NCBI GenBank assembly: GCA_014859605.1
Contig: JACUTW010000004.1
Location: 1 to 61,788 of the forward strand
From: Desulfuromonadales bacterium
GTDB taxonomy: Bacteria > Desulfobacterota > Desulfuromonadia > Desulfuromonadales > UBA2197
Direction: 5' to 3'
DNA: 61,788 nt
Shown: in pieces, positions 8,178-17,701 of the stretch
Layout of the letters: each line of letters starts with the position of its first letter
Numbering within the stretch: position 1 is the stretch's first letter
Position numbers and translations under genes: made by a program
The notes under the pieces: model-generated
The model's input: the letters and a program-made list of their open reading frames with translations, nothing else
Told to the model about the DNA's origin: nothing
Databases searched by the model: none

Positions 8178-9098
8178 ATGAAACCTGAAGAAATTGATAT
8201 TGATTGGATCTACTTGATCGAGCGGATTGAGTCGCTCATCGATCTCGGCGAAGAACTCCTTGGTAGGCGCGTTGGCGAAGTCGAACTTGAACCGCCAGCT
8301 CTGGCGCAAAGTCTGGCCTTTGTCTGGATTCGTGATGGCGCCGGCGGGTTTCTCCGGGAAGTCATTGCTCCCGATATCAAACCTCTGAGCGATCTGATCG
8401 GGATCGAGAAGAACGTCGAAACATTGCGTCGCAACACCTTGCAGTTTCTCCTCGGTTATCCAGCAAACGATGTTCTCCTTTGGGGGGAAAAGGGGAGCGG
8501 AAAATCCTCTTGCATAAAAGGGTTGCTCCACGAATTTTCCCTTTTGGGCCTGCGCCTGATCGAGATCCGTAAAAAGGACCTCGACCAACTCCCACTCATA
8601 ATCGCGCCACTCCGGGCGTTACCTTACCGCTTTATCCTCTTTTGTGATGATCTTTCCTTTCAGCCCGATGACATCGCCTGCCATGAGCTCAAAGGACTCC
8701 TTGATGGCAGCATCGAAGGCCGTCCCGAGAATCTCGTCATCTACGCCACCGGCAACCGCCGCCATCTCTGTCCGGAGCTGTTGCAGGAGAACTACGACAA
8801 CGGAGAAATCCATCCGGATGAAGTCCGCGCTGAACAGCTTTCGCTGGCGGATCGATTCGGGCTGCGTCTGCCCTTCTACCCCATCAGCAATGAGACCTAT
8901 CAGGAAATTATTATTCAAAGCCTAAAGCGTCTCGGCATCAGGAAAAGGGGGCAAACGTTTGCTGCCGAGGCGCAACACTGGGCCACCACGCATGGCGGAA
9001 AATCAGGGCGGGTTGCGCGGCAATTTACAAACGATCTGGCCGGGCGCCTGCTCCTGGCGCAACACGCAAAAAAAGTCCGCACGGCAAAGACGATTTAG
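8178..9098 (+). CDS. DUF815-type P-loop ATPase of unknown function
   Basis: GAGGA RBS. LLWGEKGSGKSSCIKGLL (Walker A) and RFILFCDDLSF (Walker B-like). The size of about 300 aa is typical of DUF815/AAA-like proteins. Confidence 0.65.
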   Translation: MKPEEIDIDWIYLIERIESLIDLGEELLGRRVGEVELEPPALAQSLAFVWIRDGAGGFLREVIAPDIKPLSDLIGIEKNVETLRRNTLQFLLGYPANDVLLWGEKGSGKSSCIKGLLHEFSLLGLRLIEIRKKDLDQLPLIIAPLRALPYRFILFCDDLSFQPDDIACHELKGLLDGSIEGRPENLVIYATGNRRHLCPELLQENYDNGEIHPDEVRAEQLSLADRFGLRLPFYPISNETYQEIIIQSLKRLGIRKRGQTFAAEAQHWATTHGGKSGRVARQFTNDLAGRLLLAQHAKKVRTAKTI

Positions 9099-9156
9099 AC
9101 TTTATAAGCAAACATTTTACTGTATAATATGGCCGGTTAATCAACTTGGAGGTTTT

Positions 9157-9699
9157 ATGAAAAGGTTACTCTTCTTCTCGGCTTTACTGATTTTTATTGC
9201 GACGTCCGCCTTTTCCCGCGGACTGCAGGACAAAGTGACCATGAACAGCGATGCGACTGGCCCGATTGAGTTCAGTCATTATGTGCACCTGGAAAAAGTC
9301 GGCAAAAACTGCCCGTCCTGTCACAACACACTCTTCAACATCGATCCAGCCAAGCCCCGCCTCACGGCGACGATGAAGTTGATGGAAGAGAAAGCCGGGT
9401 CCTGCGGCGCCTGTCATAACGGATCACGCGCCTTCTCGGTGAAAGGAGATTGCGCCAAGTGTCACCCGACCCGCGATGTGACCTTTGAAAACGATGGCGG
9501 CCCCGTCCTCTTCAGCCATGAGGTCCACACCGGAATGCACAACTGTGCGGAATGCCACCCTGACATCTTTGTGCCGGCGCACGGCAAGAACCCGCCAGTT
9601 TCGATGGAAGGGATGGAGAAGGGGGAATCCTGTGGTGCCTGCCATGACGGTGGGACCGCCTTTACGGTGAAGGATAATTGCGATACCTGCCACCAGTAA
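9157..9699 (+). CDS. periplasmic hexahaem c-type cytochrome made of two tandem c7/c3-type triheme modules
   Basis: GGAGG RBS and signal peptide MKRLLFFSALLIFIATSAFS. Six CXXCH motifs (CPSCH, CGACH, CAKCH, CAECH, CGACH, CDTCH). The two halves share the pattern GP(I/V)xFSHxxH...CxxCH...M...CGACH(N/D)GxxAF(S/T)VKxxCxxCH. Confidence 0.85.
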   Translation: MKRLLFFSALLIFIATSAFSRGLQDKVTMNSDATGPIEFSHYVHLEKVGKNCPSCHNTLFNIDPAKPRLTATMKLMEEKAGSCGACHNGSRAFSVKGDCAKCHPTRDVTFENDGGPVLFSHEVHTGMHNCAECHPDIFVPAHGKNPPVSMEGMEKGESCGACHDGGTAFTVKDNCDTCHQ

Positions 9700-9750
9700 C
9701 AATCAAATAAGGCGGACGGAGAAAAAACCGTCCGCCTTATTTGATTGTTT
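9700..9750 (+). terminator. rho-independent terminator with an unusually long perfect 20-bp stem
   Basis: CAATCAAATAAGGCGGACGG / AGAAAAAA / CCGTCCGCCTTATTTGATTG followed by TTT. It begins immediately after the stop codon. Confidence 0.8.
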
Positions 9751-9773
9751 ACGACAAAGAAGAAACCCTCTCT

Positions 9774-10478
9774 ATGCAACAATACGACAAATATTTTCGG
9801 TCGGAACAAAAGGTTCAGCTTCGTCTGGCCAACCCCCAACTGGGATCGTCTGAAACTCTGACGCTCCTCTTTGCCAACCAGGGCCCGGGCTACTTTGAAC
9901 TCGTCTTCCCGTACAAAAGCCGCAGCGGCGAGGAATTCCCCCTGACCCCCGGGATGGCGATGGAGCTCACCACCGAATCGATGGGAGTCGGGGTAAAAAT
10001 AGCCGTTGAGTTCCTGGAGTATGTTCGGGGGAGCGGCATGATTCGTGTCAAAGGAATTGGAGACCTCAAGGCCTTTCAGCGCCGGACGCAACCCCGCATC
10101 GACATTGAATGTGGCGTCCGTTTTACCCGGGGACAAGGGGCACTCCGCTCCCTGCGAGAACATTGGCTTAAGAATATTGAAACTATTAACCAGTTGGACC
10201 CGGCCGACCTCCCCTCCTTCACGCAAAGCCGTTTAAATCTCAGTTCAAGCGGTTTTCGTTTAGCGATCAAACCCCCGGTTGAATGCGCCGATCTTTTTCT
10301 GGTACTCATCCAGCTCAACCCGGGAGAGAAACCCCTGTGCCTTCTTTGCGAAACGGTCTGGACCGGAACTATGCTCGATGACGAAGGCCGCATCCCTTGC
10401 GGCATGCACTTTATTGGCATATCTGATGCTGATCGCAAGACTTTGGAAGCACAAGTCAAACGTGCCCGTCCCACCTGA
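9774..10478 (+). CDS. PilZ-like (c-di-GMP-binding) domain protein, putative
   Basis: RRTQPR (RxxxR) and NLSSSG (D/NxSxxG) motifs are present in the C-terminal half, but they are separated by about 46 aa, longer than usual. I used the ATG at 9774 because the track TTG start at 9741 lies inside the upstream terminator stem. The RBS is weak. Confidence 0.4.
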   Translation: MQQYDKYFRSEQKVQLRLANPQLGSSETLTLLFANQGPGYFELVFPYKSRSGEEFPLTPGMAMELTTESMGVGVKIAVEFLEYVRGSGMIRVKGIGDLKAFQRRTQPRIDIECGVRFTRGQGALRSLREHWLKNIETINQLDPADLPSFTQSRLNLSSSGFRLAIKPPVECADLFLVLIQLNPGEKPLCLLCETVWTGTMLDDEGRIPCGMHFIGISDADRKTLEAQVKRARPT

Positions 10479-10506
10479 TCCTCTCCCCTAGCTGTTACCC
10501 CGGCCA

Positions 10507-11190
10507 CTAAATAGAAAAAGGACGACCTGGATTATCAACTGGCGTGAGTGCGTCCTGCAGCAGCGATTCAAAAGCCGCACGCCCGACAAGACGTCCGCCA
10601 AGTGACAAGAGATGACGCGTCGGCAACTGCATATCGATCATCACATAGTTGTTCCGAAAGAGCGTTTGAGTCAAAGCGTAAAGAGCGACTTTGGACGCAT
10701 CACGGCGAAGATGAAACATCGATTCACCATAAAAACAGCGGCAAAGACTCACGCCGTAAAGACCACCAACCAACTCCTCCCCCGCCCAAACTTCAACAGA
10801 ATGACAATACCCCCGCGCAAAGAGGTCTTCGTAGGCGGCGATCATCTCGGCGCTGATCCACGTTCCCGTCCGCTGCCGATCGCCACAGGCGGCGCAGGCG
10901 CGAATGACCGCAGCAAAAGCCTGATCAAAGGTGATGCGGTATTCTCCCCGACGCAGAACCTTGCAAAGCGAGCGGGAAAGATGAAAATCCCCGGGGAGAA
11001 GAACACAGCGCGGCATCGGCGACCACCACAGGATCGGCTCGCCGGCGTTATACCAGGGGAAGATGCCTTGTGAATAGGCGAGGAGGAGTCGCTGCGCTGA
11101 AAGATCGCCACCGACTGCAAGGAGACCATTCTCCTCGGCTAAACCTGGCGGGGGGAAATCGATTTCTGCGTCGAGACAAAAGACCGGCAC
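10507..11190 (-). CDS. aat: leucyl/phenylalanyl-tRNA--protein transferase
   Basis: NGLLAVGGDLSAQRLLLAYSQGIFPWY...EPILWWSP..R and GESMFH motifs. GTG start 6 nt after the clpA stop. Confidence 0.9.
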   Translation of the reverse strand: MPVFCLDAEIDFPPPGLAEENGLLAVGGDLSAQRLLLAYSQGIFPWYNAGEPILWWSPMPRCVLLPGDFHLSRSLCKVLRRGEYRITFDQAFAAVIRACAACGDRQRTGTWISAEMIAAYEDLFARGYCHSVEVWAGEELVGGLYGVSLCRCFYGESMFHLRRDASKVALYALTQTLFRNNYVMIDMQLPTRHLLSLGGRLVGRAAFESLLQDALTPVDNPGRPFSI

Positions 11191-11196
11191 TGGATA

Positions 11197-13449
11197 TCAA
11201 GTAAAGCTCAAAACGAGTCGCCCGGCACCCCCGGCAACATTCACCTGCCCCCCCTTTTTTGCCAAAGCCCCGAAGAGGATGGCAGAAGATAAAGGATCGG
11301 CAATTTCCGTCTCGATCAACCGCGCCAGAGGGCGCGCACCAAAAGCGGGATCGTAACCACGCTGTGCCAAAACCTTGCGGGCTGCAAAATTTACCGTCAG
11401 AGTGACATGTTGTTCCGTCAAGCGAGATTGGAGTTCGGCAAGAAATTTATCAACTACCTTCAACATCACCCCTTCGGTCAAACGTTCAAAGGGAATGATC
11501 GCTGTTAAGCGATTGCGGAATTCCGGAGAAAAGAGGCGTTCTACTTCTTGTTTCGGACCTGACGGCAAGAGGTTGCCAAAACCGATCGGCGCTGCGCTCA
11601 TCTCCCGGGCGCCGGCATTGCTGGTCATAATCAGGACAACATGACGGAAATCGGCGTTCCTGCCGTTATTGTCGGTGAGGCTGCCGTGGTCCATCACCTG
11701 CAACAGAATGTTGAAAAGATCCGGATGGGCCTTCTCGATTTCGTCAAGGAGGATGACGGCATAAGGACTGCGCACAACGGCATCGGTTAGCAGCCCCCCT
11801 TGCTCGAAACCGACATACCCCGGTGGAGATCCGATTAAACGGGAAACCGAGTGTTTCTCCATATATTCACTCATATCGAAACGAATCAAATCGACACCGA
11901 GATTTTCAGCCAGCTGCCTTGCAACTTCCGTCTTACCGACACCGGTCGGACCGGTGAGAAGAAACGCTCCTTGCGGGCGTTCGGGGTGGCCGAGGCCGGC
12001 CCGAGCCCGTAAAACACTCCGGCAAAGACAGTCTACCGCTGCATCCTGGCCAAAGACGCTCCGCTTCATATCTCGGGATAAATTCTTAAGACGACGCTGA
12101 TCGGCGGTCGTAACACTGCGCAGAGGGATGCGCGCAATCGCGGCGACAACCGCTTCGATATCCTTAACTGTGATCAGCTTTCGGGAACGGGGCTGCGTCC
12201 GGAAAACAGCACCAGCTTCATCCAGTACGTCAATGGCTTTATCCGGCAGGAAGCGGAAATTGATATGTCGAGCCGAAAGTTCCACTGCGGCAACGATAGC
12301 ATCCTGCGAATAGGTGACCCCGTGGAAGCTGGCATAACGGCTACTCAACCCCGTGAGGATTTGAATCGTTTCTTCAATCGACGGTTCAAGAATATCGATT
12401 TTTTGAAAACGTCGGGAAAGTGCACGATCTTTGTCAAAATGATTTTTGTACTCTTCGAAGGTTGTTGAACCGATGCAGCGGATTTCTCCGGAAGCAAGGA
12501 CTGGCTTGAGGATGTTGGCCGCGTCCAAAGTCCCGCCTGAGGTGGCGCCGGCACCGATGACGGTATGGATCTCATCGATAAAGAGAATCGCATTCGGGCG
12601 TTTGCCTATGGCAACGATGACAGCCTTGAGCCGCTCTTCAAAATCACCACGGTACTTGGTTCCAGCGAGGAGCGCGCCCATATCCAGACTGAAAATTTCG
12701 GCATCCGCCAAGAGCTGCGGAACAGCCCCCTCGACGATGCGCAGTGCCAGGCCTTCCGCAAGTGCGGTCTTGCCCACACCGGGATCACCCACCAGAAGGG
12801 GGTTGTTCTTGCGGCGGCGGCAAAGTGTTTGAATAGTGCGGCGTAATTCCGTCTCACGGCCGATAATCGGATCGATCTTTCCCGCCCGAGCTCGCGCCAC
12901 AAGATCGATAACAAAACCCGACAAGGGATCTTTGAGCTTCTTCTTCCCGTCCTTTGTCTCTGCCGGCCTTTCCTCTGTCGAAGTTTGACCCGTGCTCTCC
13001 GGTGCCTCCTGTCGTGCCGCCCGAGAGACTCCGTGACTGATATAGTTAAGAACATCGACACGGGATATTCCCTGCTCTTCGAGGAAATGGGCGGCATAAC
13101 AATCACGCTCATCAAGGATGGCCGCAAGAATATCGCCAACCCCCACTTCCTTGCGACCGGAGGACTGCATATGCAGGACTGTCCGCTGTAAAACCCGCTG
13201 CAAGGCGATAGTTTGCTCCGGGACACCATCTATAGCGGCAGGGAGCGACTCAATATGACGGGAAAAGTACTCATCCAGCAACTGCTTTAAGGTAGTCGGG
13301 TCTCCGCCGCAAGAACGCAAAATCTCCAGGCCACGGTCTTCAAAGAGCAGAGCATAAAGGACATGCTCCGTCGAAAGAAATTCGTGCCGGCGACGTTGTG
13401 CCTCGCGAACCGCCAGAGAAAAGGTGATTTGGACATCCGCATTAAACAT
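11197..13449 (-). CDS. clpA: ATP-dependent Clp protease ATP-binding subunit ClpA
   Basis: Two AAA+ modules (GDPGVGKTA and GPTGVGKTE Walker A motifs) and a Clp N-domain. GAGG RBS before Met12 (MFNADVQ) of the track ORF. Confidence 0.95.
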   Translation of the reverse strand: MFNADVQITFSLAVREAQRRRHEFLSTEHVLYALLFEDRGLEILRSCGGDPTTLKQLLDEYFSRHIESLPAAIDGVPEQTIALQRVLQRTVLHMQSSGRKEVGVGDILAAILDERDCYAAHFLEEQGISRVDVLNYISHGVSRAARQEAPESTGQTSTEERPAETKDGKKKLKDPLSGFVIDLVARARAGKIDPIIGRETELRRTIQTLCRRRKNNPLLVGDPGVGKTALAEGLALRIVEGAVPQLLADAEIFSLDMGALLAGTKYRGDFEERLKAVIVAIGKRPNAILFIDEIHTVIGAGATSGGTLDAANILKPVLASGEIRCIGSTTFEEYKNHFDKDRALSRRFQKIDILEPSIEETIQILTGLSSRYASFHGVTYSQDAIVAAVELSARHINFRFLPDKAIDVLDEAGAVFRTQPRSRKLITVKDIEAVVAAIARIPLRSVTTADQRRLKNLSRDMKRSVFGQDAAVDCLCRSVLRARAGLGHPERPQGAFLLTGPTGVGKTEVARQLAENLGVDLIRFDMSEYMEKHSVSRLIGSPPGYVGFEQGGLLTDAVVRSPYAVILLDEIEKAHPDLFNILLQVMDHGSLTDNNGRNADFRHVVLIMTSNAGAREMSAAPIGFGNLLPSGPKQEVERLFSPEFRNRLTAIIPFERLTEGVMLKVVDKFLAELQSRLTEQHVTLTVNFAARKVLAQRGYDPAFGARPLARLIETEIADPLSSAILFGALAKKGGQVNVAGGAGRLVLSFT

Positions 13450-13520
13450 CGTTACCTCGAAAAGTTCATCTTTAATGATCAAACCAGATGGCTGCGATTG
13501 CTCAACTTAGCTATACCTTG

Positions 13521-13835
13521 TCAATTTGGCTCAAGAATACAGCGAAGCGGGAAGCCGGCGACGCGTGCCAGACTATGAACTTTCGCAACCTTGGTTTCAG
13601 CTATTTCAAAGGGGTAGAGCCCGCACAAGGCCTGTCCCTGGCGATGAATCTGCAACATCAAAGAAGTTGCTTCCGCGTCCTCCTTATGAAAAACGGACTG
13701 TAAAACCTCAATGACAAATTCCATGGTTGTATAATTATCATTCAGCATAAAGACTTTAAACATCTTCGGCTGAACACTCTGAACTTTCTGGTCAATCGCA
13801 TTCATCTGCTGTGGGGAAGCAAGCGTCTTTGTCAT
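13521..13835 (-). CDS. clpS: ATP-dependent Clp protease adaptor ClpS
   Basis: MFKVFMLNDNYTTMEFVIEVLQSVFHK...A..LMLQIHRQG is a ClpS signature. AGAGGA RBS before the internal Met (MTKTLAS). Confidence 0.9.
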   Translation of the reverse strand: MTKTLASPQQMNAIDQKVQSVQPKMFKVFMLNDNYTTMEFVIEVLQSVFHKEDAEATSLMLQIHRQGQALCGLYPFEIAETKVAKVHSLARVAGFPLRCILEPN

Positions 13836-13889
13836 TGTTCCTCTGCCGACTAATTTACCACATTCCATCAAAATCAACCAACTGCAACA

Positions 13890-13930
13890 AATAACAAGAG
13901 AGCTGCCCAGAAGACAGCTCTCTTATTATT
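13890..13930 (-). terminator. terminator after the Nfu-type gene
   Basis: AATAACAAGAGAGCTG...CAGCTCTCTTATTATT: a 16-bp stem with one mismatch. The minus-strand downstream sequence is T-rich. Confidence 0.5.
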
Positions 13931-13960
13931 CTAAACAACAGCAATCCGTCAAACAGTTAT

Positions 13961-14185
13961 TTAACGGACCTGCTCTACACTGGTGACGCCGGGAACTTGC
14001 TCCTTAAGGACGCGTTCGACGCCCATTTTAAGCGTCATGGTCGACATAGGGCAGGAACCGCAAGCACCTGTAAGCTTGACACGGACAACGCCAGCGTCAT
14101 TTACATCGACAAGTTCAACATCACCACCGTCAGCCTGAAGGGCGGGACGTATCAGATTGAGGGCTTTTTCTACAGCTTCACGCAT
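13961..14185 (-). CDS. NifU C-terminal-domain (Nfu-type) Fe-S cluster carrier protein
   Basis: 74 aa. [17 protein letters not shown]...[21 protein letters not shown] contains the CxxC motif typical of Nfu/NifU_C. Confidence 0.85.
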   Translation of the reverse strand: MREAVEKALNLIRPALQADGGDVELVDVNDAGVVRVKLTGACGSCPMSTMTLKMGVERVLKEQVPGVTSVEQVR

Positions 14186-14302
14186 CTTTTACCTCCGTTT
14201 TTAGAATCACTCCGCATGAGTGACCATTTTGATTATTATACTGCAAATGGGCGGACTAATGATCGTAAAATTTCAAGAAAAGGCACGAAACTGTCTCTCC
14301 CG

Positions 14303-15478
14303 TTAAAACCCGCTGACTGGCAGGGGCAGATCACGCAGTGACCGGGCACAAAGGAGGTTTTCAGCTTGAACCCCCTTCCCCTGAATCAATACCTTGAAAA
14401 TCTCCCCCATCCCGCCTTCCGGTAAAATGAGATTTTTTAATGTTAGACGAAGAGCTTGCGCATGATGCGGTTCTACTTCACGTGCCTGTGCTTGCAGCAA
14501 AGCGTCGACAAAACCGAGACCGAGCAGGAACTTGCACTGATCGCCGTAAAAGAGTTGTTGCAAACCGGACTCGACACCTGCCTTGATTAATGCTGAAAAA
14601 TCGACATGAGTAGTAAGATCCTGCTCGCCGACACGAATATAGGGGTTGGCATCGGTCGTGTGCTGATAATAACACATCAATGTCCCGGATGTCCGCCAAG
14701 GGGCAAAAAGCTCACTTGCCAGATACCCATAGTCAATCGTCAGTACAAAGCCGCGTTGCAGTAACTCGGCGACGTTACACAGCCATGATGGTGCCGCCAG
14801 ATTGATCTCGGCGCGATTTCCCTCCGCCAGTTCCACATCGACCCACTTCAAATAACCAGAAAGGGCTTCGGTTGCCGGCTCCTGAAGAATTTCATGGAAG
14901 CTGCCATGTTCAACGCTGACAAAAACTTCAAGGAGTTTTCCATCGCGTTGTTCGACAAGGTGCACCGGAAAAGCGTCGACCAACTCATTTGACAGGTAAC
15001 AGCCAACCATGCCAGCGAGGTCGTTTTGCTCGCACCAACTCACGCAACGTTGATGACTTGCCAGCAATTCTCCCTGACGAAGGCGATTGTCCGCGCTGAT
15101 CTCGACAATGCAATAGCGTAGTTTGCTATAAAAATCGGGATAGTCAACTTGTAGCGCAGTAAGGATATCCTGAGCCAGATGTCCGGTGCCTGCCCCTTGC
15201 TCAGCGATAATGAAATCAACCGGGCAACCAAGAACCTCCCACATTTGATGCAGTTGCTTCGCTATCAGCTGTCCAAAAATTGCGTGGACGCTGCTTGAGG
15301 TAAAAAAATCGCCGTCGCGACCGATCCGCTGCCGGGGGCCCATGTAATAGCCGTATTCCGGATGGTAAAGACAAGACTCCATGAAGGTTGCAAAGGAGAG
15401 AGGACCCTCTGATAAAATCCGTTCCATGAGGACAATTGCAAGGGGTGACGGCGGGGATTGGTCTAAAGTTGCAGCCAT
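14303..15478 (-). CDS. class I SAM-dependent methyltransferase, MidA/NDUFAF7 (DUF185) family
   Basis: FATFMESCLYHPEYGYY....IGRDGDFFTSSSVHAIFGQ and IIAEQGAGTGHLA (SAM motif I) match the MidA family pattern. Confidence 0.7.
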   Translation of the reverse strand: MAATLDQSPPSPLAIVLMERILSEGPLSFATFMESCLYHPEYGYYMGPRQRIGRDGDFFTSSSVHAIFGQLIAKQLHQMWEVLGCPVDFIIAEQGAGTGHLAQDILTALQVDYPDFYSKLRYCIVEISADNRLRQGELLASHQRCVSWCEQNDLAGMVGCYLSNELVDAFPVHLVEQRDGKLLEVFVSVEHGSFHEILQEPATEALSGYLKWVDVELAEGNRAEINLAAPSWLCNVAELLQRGFVLTIDYGYLASELFAPWRTSGTLMCYYQHTTDANPYIRVGEQDLTTHVDFSALIKAGVESGLQQLFYGDQCKFLLGLGFVDALLQAQAREVEPHHAQALRLTLKNLILPEGGMGEIFKVLIQGKGVQAENLLCARSLRDLPLPVSGF

Positions 15479-15500
15479 AAAAACTCATCATCGGAAATAA

Positions 15501-15541
15501 TGAAAAGGCCATGATCAGGAAAATTCTTGATCATGGCCTTG
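15501..15541 (-). terminator. rho-independent terminator ending the alpha operon (after rplQ)
   Basis: AAGGCCATGATCA / 10-nt loop / TGATCATGGCCTT: a 13-bp perfect stem followed by TTTT on the minus strand. Confidence 0.75.
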
Positions 15542-15563
15542 CCGTTTTCAGTTGTATTAGAAA

Positions 15564-15956
15564 TTACGCTTCTACAGCAACACTCGCAGGAGAAGTCATT
15601 TCCTCTTCCACCAAAGCAATAATCGACTGCGGAGCATTATCACCAAGGCGCGAACCGATCTTTACAATACGGGTATAACCGCCGGGACGATCCTTGTAGC
15701 GCGGTCCAATTTGATCGAAAAGTTTAGCAACCACCTTTTGATCGCGAATGACGCTAAGGACTTGGCGACGCGCATGCAAATCCCCACGTTTGCCCAGGGT
15801 AATCATCCGATCAACAACCTTACGTAACTCCTTGGCGCGAGCGTCCGTAGTGGTAATCTTTTCATGTTCGATTAACGACGTAACCATGTTACGAAGCATT
15901 GCTGCACGGTGAGGGGTATTACGGCCAAGCCGCTTACCGGATTTATTATGACGCAT
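15564..15956 (-). CDS. rplQ: 50S ribosomal protein L17
   Basis: [24 protein letters not shown].. is an L17 signature. It is the last gene of the alpha operon order. Confidence 0.97.
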   Translation of the reverse strand: MRHNKSGKRLGRNTPHRAAMLRNMVTSLIEHEKITTTDARAKELRKVVDRMITLGKRGDLHARRQVLSVIRDQKVVAKLFDQIGPRYKDRPGGYTRIVKIGSRLGDNAPQSIIALVEEEMTSPASVAVEA

Positions 15957-15995
15957 GGGAGTAGAGATCCTTTCTAATGTACAAGCGCAGCAGGG

Positions 15996-17012
15996 TTAAG
16001 CCTCTTCGCTCCCCTTCTGGATCATTTTCATATATTCGGGATCAGGAAAGCTATCTACCTTCATCCCCAAAGTCAGCCCCATATCAGCCAGAATGTCTTT
16101 GATTTCATTCAAGGACTTTCGACCAAAATTCTGGGTTTTGAGCATCTCGGCTTCACTTCTTTGCACCAACTCACCGATCATGTGAATATCGGCATTTTTC
16201 AAACAATTGGCACTACGAACAGAAAGCTCGAGTTCATCGACACTGCGATACAGATTTTCATTGATACGACGGCTTTCATCCCCTGTAGCCAACGTTGCAG
16301 GTTCTGAGTCCTCGTCAAAATTAATAAAAATCTGCAGTTGTTCTTTGAGAATTTTCGCTGCGTAAGCAACCGCATCATCAGGACGGACACTACCGTCTGT
16401 TGAAACTTCAATGGTCAACTTATCATAGTCAGTTATCTGGCCGACACGAGCATTCGCTACGGAATAATCAACCTTCTTGATGGGAGAGAAGATTGCATCG
16501 ATAGGAATTGTGGTGACAGGTGCCCGCTCATCACGATTGCGATCCGCTGGGACATATCCTTTGCCAAGACCGACAACCATATCCATCTCAACATCAGCTT
16601 CTTTCGAACAAGTGGCAATATGATGCTCGGGGTTAAGAACCACAACATTGGCGTCGCTAATAATGTCGCCAGCAGTGATTTCTCCTGCCCCCTTTTTCAC
16701 AATGCGAATCGAACGAAAATCATTGCCATGAAGCTTGAGCCGCACCCCTTTAAGATTAAGGATAATTTCGGTGACATCTTCTGTCACGCCGGGAATCGTT
16801 GAAAATTCATGAAGAACTCCCTTGACCCGGACGGACGTAATGGCAGCACCTTGCAGCGACGACAATAAGACGCGCCGCAATGAATTGCCTAAAGTTGTTC
16901 CGAAACCACGCTCAAACGGTTCAGCTGTGAACTTACCGTAGGTATCAGTCAAAGTATCTGTATCAAGCTGAAGACGCTTCGGCATAATCAGATCGCGCCA
17001 GTTATTGTGCAT
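15996..17012 (-). CDS. rpoA: DNA-directed RNA polymerase subunit alpha
   Basis: 338 aa. [12 protein letters not shown]..., [12 protein letters not shown], and a C-terminal domain with [13 protein letters not shown]. Confidence 0.97.
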   Translation of the reverse strand: MHNNWRDLIMPKRLQLDTDTLTDTYGKFTAEPFERGFGTTLGNSLRRVLLSSLQGAAITSVRVKGVLHEFSTIPGVTEDVTEIILNLKGVRLKLHGNDFRSIRIVKKGAGEITAGDIISDANVVVLNPEHHIATCSKEADVEMDMVVGLGKGYVPADRNRDERAPVTTIPIDAIFSPIKKVDYSVANARVGQITDYDKLTIEVSTDGSVRPDDAVAYAAKILKEQLQIFINFDEDSEPATLATGDESRRINENLYRSVDELELSVRSANCLKNADIHMIGELVQRSEAEMLKTQNFGRKSLNEIKDILADMGLTLGMKVDSFPDPEYMKMIQKGSEEA

Positions 17013-17054
17013 TCAACTCCTCCAATCTGCTAATCACGGCTAAAATCTGAAGGG

Positions 17055-17684
17055 TTACTTCGAGTAAAGCTCGACAATCAGATGCTCCTGGAAGGTCGGA
17101 GTCGTCATTTCTTCACGAACCGGTTGAGTCTTTACGGTCCCTTTAAATGCTTTACGATCAAGCTCTACCCACGAAGGAAGACCCCGACGCATCACACCGT
17201 CTAGAGATTCGTTGACCCGTACGACCTGCTGGCTCTTTTCACGAAGCGAAACCTCGTCCCCGACGCGAAGCTGATACGACGGAATATTAACGCGGCGGGC
17301 GTTGACAAGAAAATGCCCTTGGCGAACTAGCATACGCGCCTCTGTGCGTGAAGTTGCAAATCCCATTCGGTAAACCATACTGTCAAGACGACTTTCAAGA
17401 AGCATCAACAGGGTTTCACCGGTCACCCCTTTCATCCGATCCGCTTTGGCAAAATACGAACGAAACTGACCTTCGAGGACACCGTAAGTACGACGTACAC
17501 GCTGTTTTTCTCGCAACTGCGTACCATAGTCAGAAACCTTAGTCCGGCCCTGACCATGCTGGCCAGGCGCGTAACTACGACGCTCCAAAGCACATTTTTC
17601 TGTATAACATCTGTCCCCTTTAAGAAACAGTTTCATTCCTTCCCTTCTGCACAAACGGCAGACCGGTCCAGTATATCTAGCCAA
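17055..17684 (-). CDS. rpsD: 30S ribosomal protein S4 (Cys4 zinc-finger form)
   Basis: [30 protein letters not shown] is the S4 N-terminus. AAGGAGGA lies 4 nt before the TTG at 17684, and the track ATG start at 17732 would overlap rpsK. Confidence 0.9.
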   Translation of the reverse strand: MARYTGPVCRLCRREGMKLFLKGDRCYTEKCALERRSYAPGQHGQGRTKVSDYGTQLREKQRVRRTYGVLEGQFRSYFAKADRMKGVTGETLLMLLESRLDSMVYRMGFATSRTEARMLVRQGHFLVNARRVNIPSYQLRVGDEVSLREKSQQVVRVNESLDGVMRRGLPSWVELDRKAFKGTVKTQPVREEMTTPTFQEHLIVELYSK

Positions 17685-17701
17685 GATTTCCTCCTTGAGT
17701 C

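Noticed and set aside
9121-9128. TGTATAAT upstream of the hexahaem cytochrome gene, considered as a confident promoter.
   Set aside because: The -10 hexamer is perfect, but I could find no acceptable -35 at 16-18 bp, and the TG is not at the extended -10 position. I mention it only as a weak candidate.
9741-9773. TTG-initiated N-terminal extension of the PilZ-like ORF.
   Set aside because: The TTG lies inside the right arm of the 20-bp terminator stem of the upstream cytochrome gene, so I used the ATG at 9774 instead.
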